A DNA stretch of 63,412 bases, filler included, from Reticulomyxa filosa (Eukaryota; Protista; Foraminifera), in NCBI GenBank assembly GCA_000512085.1. It is 19 parts of 19 records of this genome, joined end to end, with 100 filler letters (N's around TTAATTAATTAA, not from the genome) between each part and the next. Parts side by side here need not be neighbours in the genome. Positions count along the whole stretch, not along the records: positions 9,541 to 14,002 come from ASPP01002909.1; positions 14,103 to 15,854 come from ASPP01040015.1; positions 15,955 to 18,863 come from ASPP01009326.1; positions 18,964 to 23,336 come from ASPP01045337.1; positions 23,437 to 25,306 come from ASPP01035901.1; positions 25,407 to 27,630 come from ASPP01025430.1; 13 more parts are not named here. The stretch is one strand, 5' to 3'. Made by a program: the position numbers and the translations under genes. Position 1 is the stretch's first letter, and the number at the start of each line of letters is the position of its first letter. Positions 13,521 through 26,806 of this stretch are shown here, piece by piece. Under the pieces are notes generated by a model. It worked only from the letters and a program-made list of their open reading frames with translations. It made no database searches and had not been told where the DNA came from.

Positions 13521-14002
13521 ATGACGAGTTTAGGATGTCAAAAATGCCGTTTAATTTTTCAAACCAACGAAGAGATGACGAACCATATAAAAAATTTTTG
13601 CGTGAACTCAGTATATTTTCAGCCTGATTTATTGCTCAAGCAACTGCGTCAAGAATTGCACGATAAAAAACAAGAGCCAAATTCAGAGTACGTAGGAGTG
13701 AAAAAAGCAGCATCAAATGATGTTGAACAAGTACACAAGGAAGGACATCCACTTGACTCAAATAATGTGAAAATGGGTTTGGAAGGATCCAATCAACAAA
13801 CAATAAAACACTCTGAAAACGATTTAGATGGGCAATTAATGGAACTAAGACATCGACAGCAAAAAATTGTTGAAGAAAGAAAACAAGTTGCGTCCTATCG
13901 AATATTTCCATGTTTTTATTCTTATATTATTTAATTTCGGAATTTCTTAATGTCTTAATTTTTTTTTTTTTTTTTAGGGAGTCAATCTTTGCAAGAATCG
14001 TT
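13521..14002 (+). CDS. CCDC17-like protein (N-terminal C2HC zinc finger plus coiled coil), 3'-truncated
   Basis: CQKCRLIFQTNEEMTNHIKNFC fits the CxxC-x3-F-x8-H-x3-FC pattern I recall from CCDC17 N-termini; a coiled coil follows. Confidence 0.55.
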
Positions 14003-15975
14003 NNNNNNNNNNNNNNNNNNNNNNNNNNNNNNNNNNNNNNNNNNNNTTAATTAATTAANNNNNNNNNNNNNNNNNNNNNNNNNNNNNNNNNNNNNNNNNN
14101 NNATGAACCAAACGTTGCCTTCATTCGCGAAACACAATTGAACAATAGCTGTTATTGTTGGGGACAAATCATACCGTCAAATTCCATATAGCTCAATCTT
14201 GTTATTAAAAAAGAAGCGTCTTTCTGAACACAATCGCTATCCAAAGATGATCAGGACAATGACGATATCAGTATTTTAAAATTCGACTTTAAAGGCAGTG
14301 GTATTTTTGTAATTCTATGTTTTACATTTGAAACGATTGTGAGTGGTGTGATATCACATAATTTGTTTGTCTATCAATAGAATAAAAAGTAGCTGTAACA
14401 AGTATGGAAAATTCAAAATGAAATATCTTCATTTTTATTATATGGCCATTCATCATGTAGCTGTGAATATAAATTTCAAACAACAAGACACCAGTACAAA
14501 AGATACTGCTTCTACGAGCAATCCAATATTGATCAAGTAATTATTAATATCGATAAAGGCAATGCGAAAAATATGACAATGATGAATGGTTATCAACTTA
14601 TTGGACAAATTAGTCAATGAAAATCTTAAGCAACTGTAAATGATCAATTCTTAGAGTATGTGTATTGTCCATTCTCGTGCGTCGCCAATTACTTTTATAA
14701 ATTTGTTGTAAAGATAAATGTCAATGATCAAAGTGGTATGTCACACATATATATGTAAATATATTATTCACGTAACATATATACATATATGTATTATAGA
14801 AGTGGACATGAGTGTACGTTTGGAGGAATAAATCCAGCGAGAAAGGCAACATGTGTCTGCAAATTGTCGTAGCCATTTTAACAAGTCGTTTACAAGCGCT
14901 GCTTTGTTTGAACTTGAACGTGTTCCGTACACTGGTGCAGGTATTCTCATTCGCAGTCTCATCCAAATGACAACTGCTTTTGCTTTTGCTTTTGCTAAAC
15001 GAAAATGAATGAATGTCGTCTTTCTTCTATTGTTGCTGTTGCTGATCATTGGTTTTTTTCCTTTTTGATTGAGCCCATTACAAATTGGGAAACATTATTT
15101 AATTGAACAATTGGACGAAAGCAGTCGCTATTAGAAGAAAAGACAATCCAGCAAAAAAAGTAGAGTTAATGAAGCCAACAAGAATGACATGTTAAGTTGA
15201 AAAAAGGAGAATAAGAATAAGAATAAGAATGAAGAGAAAAAGTAAAAGACCAATGTGTTGAAGAATTGTTGTGTATTTGATCAATTTTGTACCAAAGTGA
15301 TGACAGATACAACAATGTCGGAGATATCAATAACTTTTGACATTAGCAGAATCGAATGGTATCATCGAAGTGCTGCGTATCTCTTCCACATGTGAGTGAT
15401 AAGTCCTCTGGAGTTGTGGCAGTGCTTCCAACAGCATCGCAAATTAGGATGTTCACGACAGACTAGTCAAAGCATGGCAAAGGATCATATACCACCACCT
15501 TATGATATCGAAGATAGATCTCGCGAATATTACAATCATATGAACCAAGATCAAGATCAAAACAAAAATTGAAAACAAGACCGAAGTCGCAGATGATGGG
15601 GATATGACAATAACAACTCAATGAAAAATGATATTGTTAATAAAAACAAGAACAAGAAGAAGGTGCAAATGAAAACATACGATATTTTTCAATCAAAGAA
15701 ACGTCGATACGTATTCTTCGTTCTCTCGATGAGTAAACGATTACCAAAAAGGTTCGAATTTCCACATGTGAAATAACAATCCGACATATACAAACTTTTT
15801 TTGCAAATCGAAATAATCTTGGCAATGGCAACAATAATAACTAATAATAATAATNNNNNNNNNNNNNNNNNNNNNNNNNNNNNNNNNNNNNNNNNNNNTT
15901 AATTAATTAANNNNNNNNNNNNNNNNNNNNNNNNNNNNNNNNNNNNNNNNNNNNAACCACTAATTTTTTTTTTTT

Positions 15976-16483
15976 TTACAAACCCCCCTTTGCTTTGCAT
16001 ATGAATTCGATGGATTTCTTAATGTTTTTGTTTGGAAATCCTCTGATCATTTCCACGGTAATGTTGTAGTGCACGTCAATGTATATGCCGTGGTATGTTT
16101 CGTAGAGTTTCATGCTTTTCTTTGGCTTCAATTCAAACTCAAATGGCAGCTCGGTTTTACCCTTTGGCAGACGGTCTCCGGATGCCACTTCGATATTGTA
16201 GCTCATCAGTTCCATTGGCCTCAAGGCGCCCTGCAATGTCTCGAACAATCCCACACTTCGTGGAGACAATCGCAAGTTCACCACTCCTTCCACCAACAGT
16301 TTTATTCCATTGTGAGATATCTTGCCCTCTGTGCTCACTACCACCACTCCTGACACTGTTTCCTTTTTGTTTGGTGTTGTCTCTCTTTGTACTTCCGCTC
16401 TGGTTTTTTTTTTCGCATGCTTAGCTTACATTTGGTGAATATGCACGATCACAGCGATCCAGTCTCACATCAATATCCACCAT
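15976..16483 (-). CDS. VPS26C: VPS26C/DSCR3 (Retriever subunit), 3'-truncated
   Basis: MVDIDVRLDRCDRAYSPN, intron 16429-16363, then ETVSGVVVV...HNGIKLLVEGVVNLRLSPRSVGLFE...LPKGKTELPFEFEL...LYETYHGIYIDVHYNI. Confidence 0.92.
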
Positions 16484-17091
16484 TTTCTGTTTGGCTCTTT
16501 AGATTTTATGGATAATTTTAGAGGAGTTACTACTGCTCGTTCAAGAACAAACTCTGCTCTTCTTCAGTATTGAAATCTTAAGACTAACTGCTTTTCAAAA
16601 AATTTCATATATACTTGAAAAAAAAGAAGTGCTGTTTTCCAAATAAATTAGTAAAAATAAGCTCCTGCATTTGTTTATTTGCTTGCTAAAACATTATTCC
16701 CTCCAAAAAAAAAAACCATTATGTTTTCTTTTTTTGTTCCATTGTTGTGTTTGAACAAGAAGCGTAAAAGCCTAGATTTTTTTTCCTTCGAATTTTAAAT
16801 TTTTTTGTTTTATCGATCAGATAAAATCCGAAGTAGTTTTCGCCAAGTTGAGTTTCTGCAGGCCTCAAGCCAAATACACATTAAACCAAGAGTATCATCC
16901 TTTCCAATGCTTTACCAATGTCCAAAAGAGAGAGAGAAAGGGGGGGGTGTGAGGGACAAAGGGTAAGAAGATCAGAAGAAGGAAAAGGGAAGAGGAAAAA
17001 AAAAAAGAAACAACAGCAGAATGTTCTTTGTAACAACTTTGTTTTTGCTTGTGATGACAAAAAAAATAAACGAATGATGAACCACAAAGAG

Positions 17092-17507
17092 ATGAACGCT
17101 TTGCGTCGAGTTTCGCTATTGAGTCGCAGTGTGTCGTTAAACAAAGCATTGCCAGTCCACCGAGGCACTAAGCCATCGTTGTTTGGCGTGCAAAAAAGAG
17201 GTGCTTTGTGGACGGGAGAAGAGAAGAATGGGAGAACATTGAACTTTGGACGACCCCCGTTTATTATGCTTACATGTTTGCAGGATCATGGTACATGCGA
17301 TGGGGCTTCCTGCTCTTTTGGGCGTTCTGTGCCAAAATTGTGGAACATGTGTATTATGGCTATCCACCTGAAGACTGGGCCAACAAACGAGCTAAACGCT
17401 GGAGAAAACGTGAAACCCAGGTTCCATGGGGCTTTGGTAGAAGAGACTGTGATTTGATGGACATTTATTGTTGGAAGGGTGTTGATCCAAGAGATATGGC
17501 GCATTGA
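17092..17507 (+). CDS. Small mitochondrially targeted single-TM protein (possibly complex I ESSS/NDUFB11-like), one frameshift
   Basis: Arg/Ser-rich presequence with no acidic residues (MNALRRVSLLSRSVSL...). Removing one A from the A6 run at 17192-17197 joins it to RCFVDGRREEWENIELW...TM...YPPEDWANKRAKRW. Confidence 0.5.
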
Positions 17508-18377
17508 TTATGAGAACGTCTTTTTAACCTACCCCCAGAGACCCCTTTTTTTTTAAAAAAAAAAAAGGAATTAAAAAACTTAGGAGAAAAAAAAAAGGAA
17601 CACTTCTGCGAACACACAACTCACAATCCACACTTGGTTGGTTGTCTTTGTGGTTTCTGTTTATTTCACTATCATTTTTTTTTCCTCTCCCCCCATGTTT
17701 GTTGAACGCATGTTGTTAAACAACAATGACAAATTAACAAAGTTCGAAAACAGTACTGATTCTCATATCCTATCTCGCTTACTTATTTTTGAATCTCACC
17801 AATGGCAACTTTTCACCTTTTTTAATTTTTCTGTTTTCTTTTTTTTAATGCGGGGAACCGTCGCAATTTTTCAGCACAAGCTTTTCTAATTTGTCACCGC
17901 AAAAAATATGTTTTCTGGGGGGGAAGGACTAATGATAGTGTGGGTTATTCATTGTAATTAGACGCTCAAAATGACGAACAAAACTGGAGATTGTGTTTTT
18001 ACATTATCCAATTTTGGAAAAAGTAGCCAGTATTTTATGTCTGACTTTCTACGTAAGAAAGAAATGCTGTGTGTTTTAATACAAAAACAAAGTATAACAA
18101 TGCATTAACTACAAATTTTAAATAAAAGAAATATTGCAAATGTGCAAAGACAGTTTCGTACAAGTACACCAAATTATGAAAAACGCGAACAAAACACCGA
18201 AAAGATTCTGTCATTACACAAGCTGCAATTGTCGTCTTTTATGACGGCGCTCATGAACATTTTCGCGGAACTTTTTAGACTAAAAGGACAACCAAAGCGA
18301 GACCCGGGGTTCTCCTCGCGCTTTTGTTTTGTAAACCTCATTTTCAAATTTTTTTTTTTTTGAATAAAAACCGGAAA

Positions 18378-18863
18378 ATGGACCGCGTTCGAGGAGCGAT
18401 TTCATTAATCCCAGATAGTTCAGCAGAAAGGTTTGTAACAATATGATCAATCAATAAATCAGTTTTTTTTTTTTTTGAGTTTAAAGGTGGTGTTCCCTTG
18501 CTCTTTTTTTTTTAAAAAAAACAAACTGAATAAATACACATGAAAATAAAAAAGATCAGTACAAGTGAGCGAATTAGCATATTATTTGAATTTAGCATAT
18601 GAAAGTGCATATTTGAATGTAGAAGATCATGCAAAAGACATGGAATACAGTAGTCCACTAATAGAATCATTGAAGCGGAACGGGATTGGACTAAGACCGG
18701 TGCATTTTCAGAGAGTATCAATGGAAGCATTGTATGCAATGCTCCGAAGCAAAAAGCATTACAAATGGCTATTCGAGCACTTTACAACAGCTGAAATGTG
18801 GAACATTGTAGTCGAAACCTTTAAGAAATCGGCCAATAAAAAAAGGTACCTTTTTTTTTTTTT
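18378..18863 (+). CDS. Hypothetical protein, 5' part
   Basis: MDRVRGAISLIPDSSAE followed by a GT donor, then exon ~18556-18845 (SELAYYLNLAYESAYL...). Truncated at the linker. Confidence 0.45.
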
Positions 18864-18963
18864 NNNNNNNNNNNNNNNNNNNNNNNNNNNNNNNNNNNNN
18901 NNNNNNNTTAATTAATTAANNNNNNNNNNNNNNNNNNNNNNNNNNNNNNNNNNNNNNNNNNNN

Positions 18964-20108
18964 CAGAAAAAAGTATTGGAGACGTCAAAAGAAACTATAT
19001 TCGGTAAACTGGACAAAATATATATGGTAAATATCAAAATATTTTTACTTTTTTAAACAAATTTTTAAAAAAATAGACAAGTCAAGAAGCAGATTTAATA
19101 ATAGAACATTGGATTCGATCTTCAACGAATAAAAGAGGATGGATTTATGAATTTAACAAAATAATTGCAAAATATGTTAAAATTATCAACCACATTTGAT
19201 ATATTCATATAATCACATGTTGATATGTTAACATACTAACATAGGCCAAAGGTTTTAAATTGTCAAGAGTATTAAAAAGAGGATCTTACCATATTGACAA
19301 GCTAGCATTTTCGGCAGATGGTCACAAGTTTTATTTATTAGCAGAAGATGGGACATTTGAAATATGGGACATTGCATTAGGTAAGAAAATTCAAAATTTC
19401 AACAAAAGTAATGAAATGCAAGATTTTATAGTATTTTCACCAGATGGAAGTACTTTTGTATCGAATACAAACAATGGAATGCAATCATGGGATATAGAGT
19501 CAGGAAAAAAAGTGATGCTATTTGAAGGAATTATACGATATCATGAGGAAATACAATTTTCTTCAGATGGTAAATATATTGCTGTAATTTTACATGGTGA
19601 TGATATTAGATTCTGGGATGTGGATTCTGGAAAACAAATTCAAAGACTAGAAAAAAAAAATTATGTAATTGATAAGAAATATTTACCAAATAGACAAATA
19701 GCTGTATCATTAACTACCACAACAATTAGTTTATGGGATATGAAATTGGATAAAAAAGTGAAAGAAATATACATGGATCATGTCAAAAAAACAAAATTAT
19801 CTCCAGATGGTAGATTTCTTGCAGTTTTTCCATTCTATTATTCGATTATAATATGTGACTTGGAAAAAAATGTATTACAAAGAATAGAGGGAAGATATTT
19901 AAGACCTGTAATAGATTGGCAATATTTTCCAAATTGTCAAACAATTTTGATTGGATTTAATAATGGTTCACTTTTATTGTGGGATATACAATCAGAATAT
20001 GAAACAAAGATATTAGATAGACACGCTGATATAACAACAATGGCTATTTCTCCTGATGGTAATACATTCTTAGTTTCTTCTGGCGATACAATTGAAATTT
20101 GGGAATGA
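18964..20108 (+). CDS. WD40-repeat protein of a lineage-expanded family, with the N-terminal IIEHWIR module
   Basis: Exons <18964-19026, 19077-19175 and 19245-20108; repeats of FSxDG...IWD. Confidence 0.88.
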
Positions 20109-23100
20109 TTGATGTGTTGTCGATGTTTCTTTTTAACAAATAAAAGAGAGGAAGCAAAGAAGGAATTACTTCACAATAAAACACATTTGTATCAAAATAA
20201 AATTGAATCCATTTTTTATCAATTTGTTTGATATTTGTAATAAGTTTGGGAAGCTTTGTTTGATAAAATTGACAAAAATTGATTCGTTCAGTTGAATTAA
20301 AAGATAATTGAAAATAATTTTGATCGGTTGATTCATCACGACGATAAAATGCTCCATTTTGAATGGAATAAATGTTTGCTTTTGCAACAATAGCTTGTTC
20401 CACTGCTATTCCATTATACACTTCATTATATTCAACATTCAATTGTTTCGAAAGTATTTTCATTAATTCTGTATGGCTGGGAATTTTTAATAAAGGCTTA
20501 TTTAATGTGTTTCCGCCTTTCACTTTGTTTGCACTTACACTCACTATGTTCTCATTGTTACTCTTTTCTTCATTGATGGCCGCGTTGTAATTTCTTCTTT
20601 TGAACACAAAGCTCTTGTATTCCTGGTCTCTAAACCATTCATAAATTACACTACCCAAACGAATTCGATATCCAACATTGTGACTTCTCAAATAGCAATT
20701 TTGTGCATCCACTTAATTGGACGATGCGGCCAATATTTTACAATTGACAATGTATTGCCCTCACGAGGAGGAAGAGATGACAATTTATTATTATCACTAC
20801 AATACAAATGTGTCATACTCTCATTGCTATCACTATTTCTTAACTTAGTTGCATTTTTAATATATTCTTTCAACCATTCTTTGTTCTTATCAATACTTGA
20901 ATCATCTAGTTTGAAATAAGCAACTAAATAGGCTTGAATCCGTACTCATTCTTTGGATGAATTGTATTTAAAGATTGGCATAATTGTGTTACAATAACAT
21001 TCAATCAATTTTCAAAAGACAAATTATTTATTCAATTGCTTGTTTGGTTCTAATCGTCTTTGATCAACACAAGTGTGCACTCTTTATTTTCTTGACTTAC
21101 ATCTCGCCTTGAAAAAGTTCGCCAATTTGTTTGATGGAGATTGGATAGGGGAACAATATCGATCCATCTACAATATTGAGAGTACAATATCTTCATTTGT
21201 CTTTCACATTGAAGCTATTCGCTGTTGTTGATGTGATTCATTATGGAAGAGTCACTACATTAATTTTCTGGACATCATTTGCACATCGACTTTTTTTTTT
21301 GCAGTTTTGTGTGATGTTCTCTCCGGGACAGTAGTATTTTCTTCACATTTTTATACTTGCCTTCTTCTTCATTTACAGTTCCACCACCTGCACCGTCCGT
21401 CGATTTAACATATTCTAGTTTTTGTAAAAACAAAAACAACAAACAGCAAATTAATTCAAATTGTTTAAAAGAAGTACAAAAATAATAAATATTTTTTTTA
21501 ATCATTTCATACCAATCTTACTTAATAACGACAACAATAGTTTTTTTACATTGAAAAAAAAACAATTCAGTCACCAATCAAATTGCAATAATATTTTCCA
21601 CCAAATCAACACGAAAGGTCATAACAACTGTATTTTGTAAATGTTTCCATGTGTCTTTGGCGTGTTGATATCGGTGGATCATACAACACAGGCATAAATA
21701 CATGAAAAAGGCGGCGACAGACATTTGATCAAATTAGGCACATTGATGAATTCGAGTACGTTGAATGAAAGTAGTGCGTGCTAATCCAAGTGTTGCTGTG
21801 TGATTGCAAGCACATGACAATTCATTATCACTGGTTTCTTTTTATAAACATTATCCATAATCATTCATAGTTTTGATAAAACGAATACCAAAACTTTTAA
21901 GGGATTATTGTGTCGACTCTCTTTCATTCACATTTTCTCCTTGCTTTTCTTGATGTGTTTGTATTTCTTGCACTATTCATTATCAGTGTCGTATTTTTTA
22001 AGATAGTCCACTAATACTATTGATTCTTTCTTTTTTTTTCCATTCCCTTAATCTAATCTTCTTCTTATCTTTCTTCCTCTTCCTCTTTCTTGCATTCCAG
22101 CCTAAGGCAATCGCTCTACAATGAAATGATCCATGTCTACATTGTTTTGGTTAAGACACATCACAAAAGCTGAAAATATGACAAAAGTAACATATACCTT
22201 CATTCTTTGTATCTCGTATTAATATTTACCACAGCTTCATCAATTTCACTTTCTTTGATTGTATAATATTGATTGTATTTATATTGTCTTGTTATTTTTG
22301 ATAATACATTGTTAATAATATCCACGCTTTCACTTGAACAACATTTTTTGTTGTTTCAAATCTGTATCCACAGGAATAGCACATCAATTGGAGATTATCA
22401 AAGAAAGATAAACTATTCACTCCAGCAAATACTTGTCCTAAATTCACTTCGACTGATTAATATTTTTCTCCTTTTGATTGCGAGATTTGAACGTGTGGGA
22501 CTTGGTCTTATACTGTTTCAAAAGCATTAAAACTTTGTCATATTTGTTCAAACTTTCGCTAGTATGTTTGATTTTCGAAATAGATAAAACTGAACTCCTT
22601 GGATAAATGTGGTGCAATCGATAGTCAATTTGAAAATGGTTTCAAATATATAACAATATGATCTCAACGACGTTGCAAATGTACTATAGCTGTAATTTGC
22701 ATTGGTAATTGTTTGGAAGTGCAACTTGTTGTTCACATTTGCATCTATATTCGACAAAAGAACATCCAAATGAATTCTTGGACCAATGGGGTAAATAGTA
22801 CGACTGTTTTCACTGGCGATCTGTTGATTTTTTTTAGTCAATATTTGTTCCAGGAAAATTTTTTATATTTAGTGTATCGTTCGATAGGTTACCAAAAGCA
22901 CATTTTGAAATTCGGTCAAAATTACACGTCCATAAAAGCCACATTTAAACAAGATACATCTATACTATATATTACATGGTCAATGCTGCGATCAAGTGTG
23001 AGACAATGAAATAGCAGCGAATTGAATTCATATAATAAAAAGGCTGATACTATCTGCTGCATTGTTGCTATTGAACCCTTTGCATTGTTCACTTCTTGCC

Positions 23101-23336
23101 AGTATCACACTTCAGTATCTTCACCACATAAATAAAAAATTAGTCTCGAATTGATAGTCGATTGTCGTACTCAAGTTCTTTACTAAAAAAGAGTTTGGTA
23201 CACTTAATGTTGTTTATTCTTTGCTTGTTTTTCTTCGTTCTCTATAATGTTATACGTATGTTTTCACACCAATTTTTTTAACAAACACAAAAAAAAAATT
23301 TACTTAACTAATGTTATCATCACTCACAGGATCACC
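20044..23336 (-). pseudogene. Degraded coding-like region
   Basis: One 222-aa ORF plus many short ORF pieces broken by stops and frameshifts; family not recognised. Confidence 0.35.
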
Positions 23337-24017
23337 NNNNNNNNNNNNNNNNNNNNNNNNNNNNNNNNNNNNNNNNNNNNTTAATTAATTAANNNNNNNN
23401 NNNNNNNNNNNNNNNNNNNNNNNNNNNNNNNNNNNNAAATTATTAATAAAAAAATAAAAAAATCAGATATTCGATCATATGACCTTCTTTTGTTCATCGA
23501 AATTGATAGGTCACGACAGTGGGGGGGTCAATTGTTACAACGAGTTTCGAATGTAAATGTACGTATTAGTTTTTTGTTAGCACTTTTTTACTTAAAACTT
23601 TTTTTATTAAATCATGTTTTTATTTATCCTGTATTGTGATCAACAAGCAACAGCTAAAAACCGTTTCAAATCTAATACTTCAATACTTTGACTATCCAAA
23701 AAAAAAGCAAAGAACAACAAAGTTATGAATGATTCAATTTGTGTATTCCTTTTTTCTTGGAATTATCATCAATGGGAAAAATGTTTGATAGGTGTACAAC
23801 ACAATCAATCCGATAATACATTATCAAAACATGTAAATCTTCAACTTGCTACAATTACAACAAAACCATAATTTCTGAACATTCCAGGGGTGGGAATCGG
23901 ATCAGTAAATACAATTTTTGTTATTTTTTAAAGCTCTGATCTCTTGTCAAAAAATACAACTTTTTAAAAAAAGGACCCTAACGGAGAAAAGCCAACCTGA
24001 GGAACGTCGTTAAAGTT

Positions 24018-25306
24018 TTGTCTTTAAAGTCAAGATCCTTCAAAGTAGATTTGAAGGAAAAAAAGAGCTTCGAAAAGAAAGACATGACACCACAATTGCG
24101 ACTAGTGGCGGAAACACTACAGCAACGGTTGTGTGTGCGTCAAGACTGCAGAATACTCCAAGCGAGAGGTATCTTCAAACTGATGGAAGAGCTAATGACA
24201 ACGATAACGGGTTCTGAGAATTTTACGCAACCGAACGAACAGAGTGAAGACGACATTGTGACAAAGAGACATCACAAACCGACCTCTTTTTGCAAACGAA
24301 TTTGTAAGCAAAGCCACATTGGACCAAAACACAAAAGGCTATTTCACCACTCACAGTCGTCGACTCGTCAACTTTGACGACGGCGCATCTGTAGACAACA
24401 ATGACGTCAATGATGTTACAAGTGCAAGATCGTACAAAAACTCATTATGATGACGTATACTACTCAACTGCTCGTGGCTATGTCATCGGTGATCGAGTTG
24501 AAGTGATTAACAATAGAACAGGTGCTTTTTTGTTGTTTTTTTTTAACATGCAACATGTATATACGTGTACATAATACACATGGCTCTTTTTTTTTTTCTA
24601 GTTTTCATTTGTTGAATTGCGTATCGATTTTTGATAGCCTAAAAAAAAACAATATCAGAAGACCTGGAAATGAAAACCTTTCTTCGAATTTCAGCCGACG
24701 GATAGATCGAGCGTGATCATTACCCGAAGATAAAAATACGCAAGATGACGAGTTTGAACTGAATCGTCAGTTTACCGTCATCAGCAAAGATTGAGAAAAA
24801 ATTGAATCAGAACTAGTTGTTGATGTGAGCAGCATTAGCATTATCGCGTCGAAGAAGGAGTTGAGATTTTTTTTTTTTTGAGGGGGGGGGGGACATTATT
24901 TTGTAAGAACATTTTAGATTGACGTAAAAAGGGAAAACAAAACAATTCAACTGTTTTGGGTTTCAGATTGTCAGATACTGTGGGCAAGAGTAAAAAGTTT
25001 GTAGCTCATTCAAGGTGGCCGCACCATCGTCGTCCGCTACATGGGGCCTTTGATCGAATTGAATGTGGAGTGGAACTGGACGAGTGGGGTGCCAATGCTA
25101 CAATTGGGACATTCAACGGACGTAAAAATTCCAATCGTCCATCGATCTCAAGTAATTTGAATATTTGGCATCAGAAGCCATATAACGACGATGTGAGTGA
25201 ATATCAAATATTACGACATTATTGGATTTGGCAAGCTTCAGCGACAGTAAAATAATTGGATTGGAATTGCAAACATTGGTGGCTCAATGAAGATGGCAAT
25301 GCAAAT
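24018..25306 (+). pseudogene. Decayed multi-CAP-Gly domain gene
   Basis: Fragments YVIGDRVEVINNRTG, VVRYMG, CGVELDEWGANATIGTFNGRK and IIGLEL lie in different frames with internal stops. Confidence 0.6.
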
Positions 25307-26806
25307 NNNNNNNNNNNNNNNNNNNNNNNNNNNNNNNNNNNNNNNNNNNNTTAATTAATTAANNNNNNNNNNNNNNNNNNNNNNNNNNNNNNNNNNNNNN
25401 NNNNNNCAACCAATCAAATTGACGAAAATACATACTACATAAAAGGATAGACATGCGAATCGTCTCGCAGAAAGACAAAAGTGGTAAATTAAACAAGCCA
25501 AAAAGCAAGCCCACAGAGACATGATCGCTGACAATGGACGATTTGTACTTGGTTAAAGTCTATGTGCACAATGCGGATTGATACTACTGTTTGACCATAT
25601 CAACGTCGATTCATGGTCGGTTATCGGCAATCCGAGTTGCAATTGCAGCTGGTTGCGTCGTTGCAAGAGCAAACACCGGAAGCGGAGGATATAATTAATA
25701 CAAAGGAAAGTAGTGATGACAACATGTTTATTAATGGTTCCAAAACAACCCTTACTTGTTTGCTTTGTTGGTGACCATAATTATTTTATTTGTGTGTCTA
25801 TGTGTTAATGGAGGAAAACCATAAAATTTGACGTGCTCACTTGGAATAATTCAAATAATTTTTCAGTAATAATTTGTGTCACTGAATTTAAATCAAGTTG
25901 AGCCTTTTTTTTTTTTCCGTCTACTTTTAGCTATCTGCGCTTCTGGTCTTTTTATATATTCCAAAATTCACTTTTACTTGGATGTGTTATCTCAATGTTT
26001 ATTTGCCACTTTTTTTGTTATTTATTATGGACACTTGATTTCTCTGATATGTTGCCTGTGTTCAAAAGCCTAAATCAATTAAGAACTTTGGCAAAGTTTG
26101 AAGCAATTGGTATTAACTAAATAACTTATTGAATGTTTTCATTTTTAATGTTATAAAGCTGTGTCAACTACTGTATTTTAAGTGTACCGTATTGTGCAAT
26201 AAACACGTTGAGATCTAATGCCAGAAATAGAGAAATAGCACATACGAAGGCAAATGAGGACTATTATTACGTATTCGCTGCAAAAGTTAATATTCAATCT
26301 ACAGTTAAAAAAAAGCCCCTAAAATAAACACATGAACACTCAATTTGTTTATTTTATGATTTTTTTTTTAGCTGTAAATTGTGAATCAATATCAAACATG
26401 AAGACATTAAGTATCCACGTTAAATAAATATTTGAATATTTTGGCTAGTATTTAAAAAAAAGAAAGAACAAACGAATTAATATAGTTGACAACAATTTGT
26501 CAAGTTCATTAATATAACCAAATTTGATTTACAACATTCGAATCCAATGTCGCAAGATCATTTTAATACTTTCTTCACTTGACTTCATTAACCTGCAAAA
26601 AAAAATTACAATTGATTAAAAAAAAGTTCCCTCGCAAGAGAAACTTCGAAAAGTTGTTCTCAGTGAATTTTATGCAATTATTTATTATCTTCTCAAAAAG
26701 AATTTTCCAAAATTAGCAAAAATGAATTTTTTTTGAAGCATTGATCATTTTTTTAAAAATATTTTTGCTAAGACTTTGAACAATACCCCCGTTTTTTTTT
26801 GTAAAG

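Noticed and set aside
14103-15854. Coding-like composition in this contig and at 48405-49644
   Set aside because: Stops occur in all frames and there is no recognisable motif, so no call can be supported.
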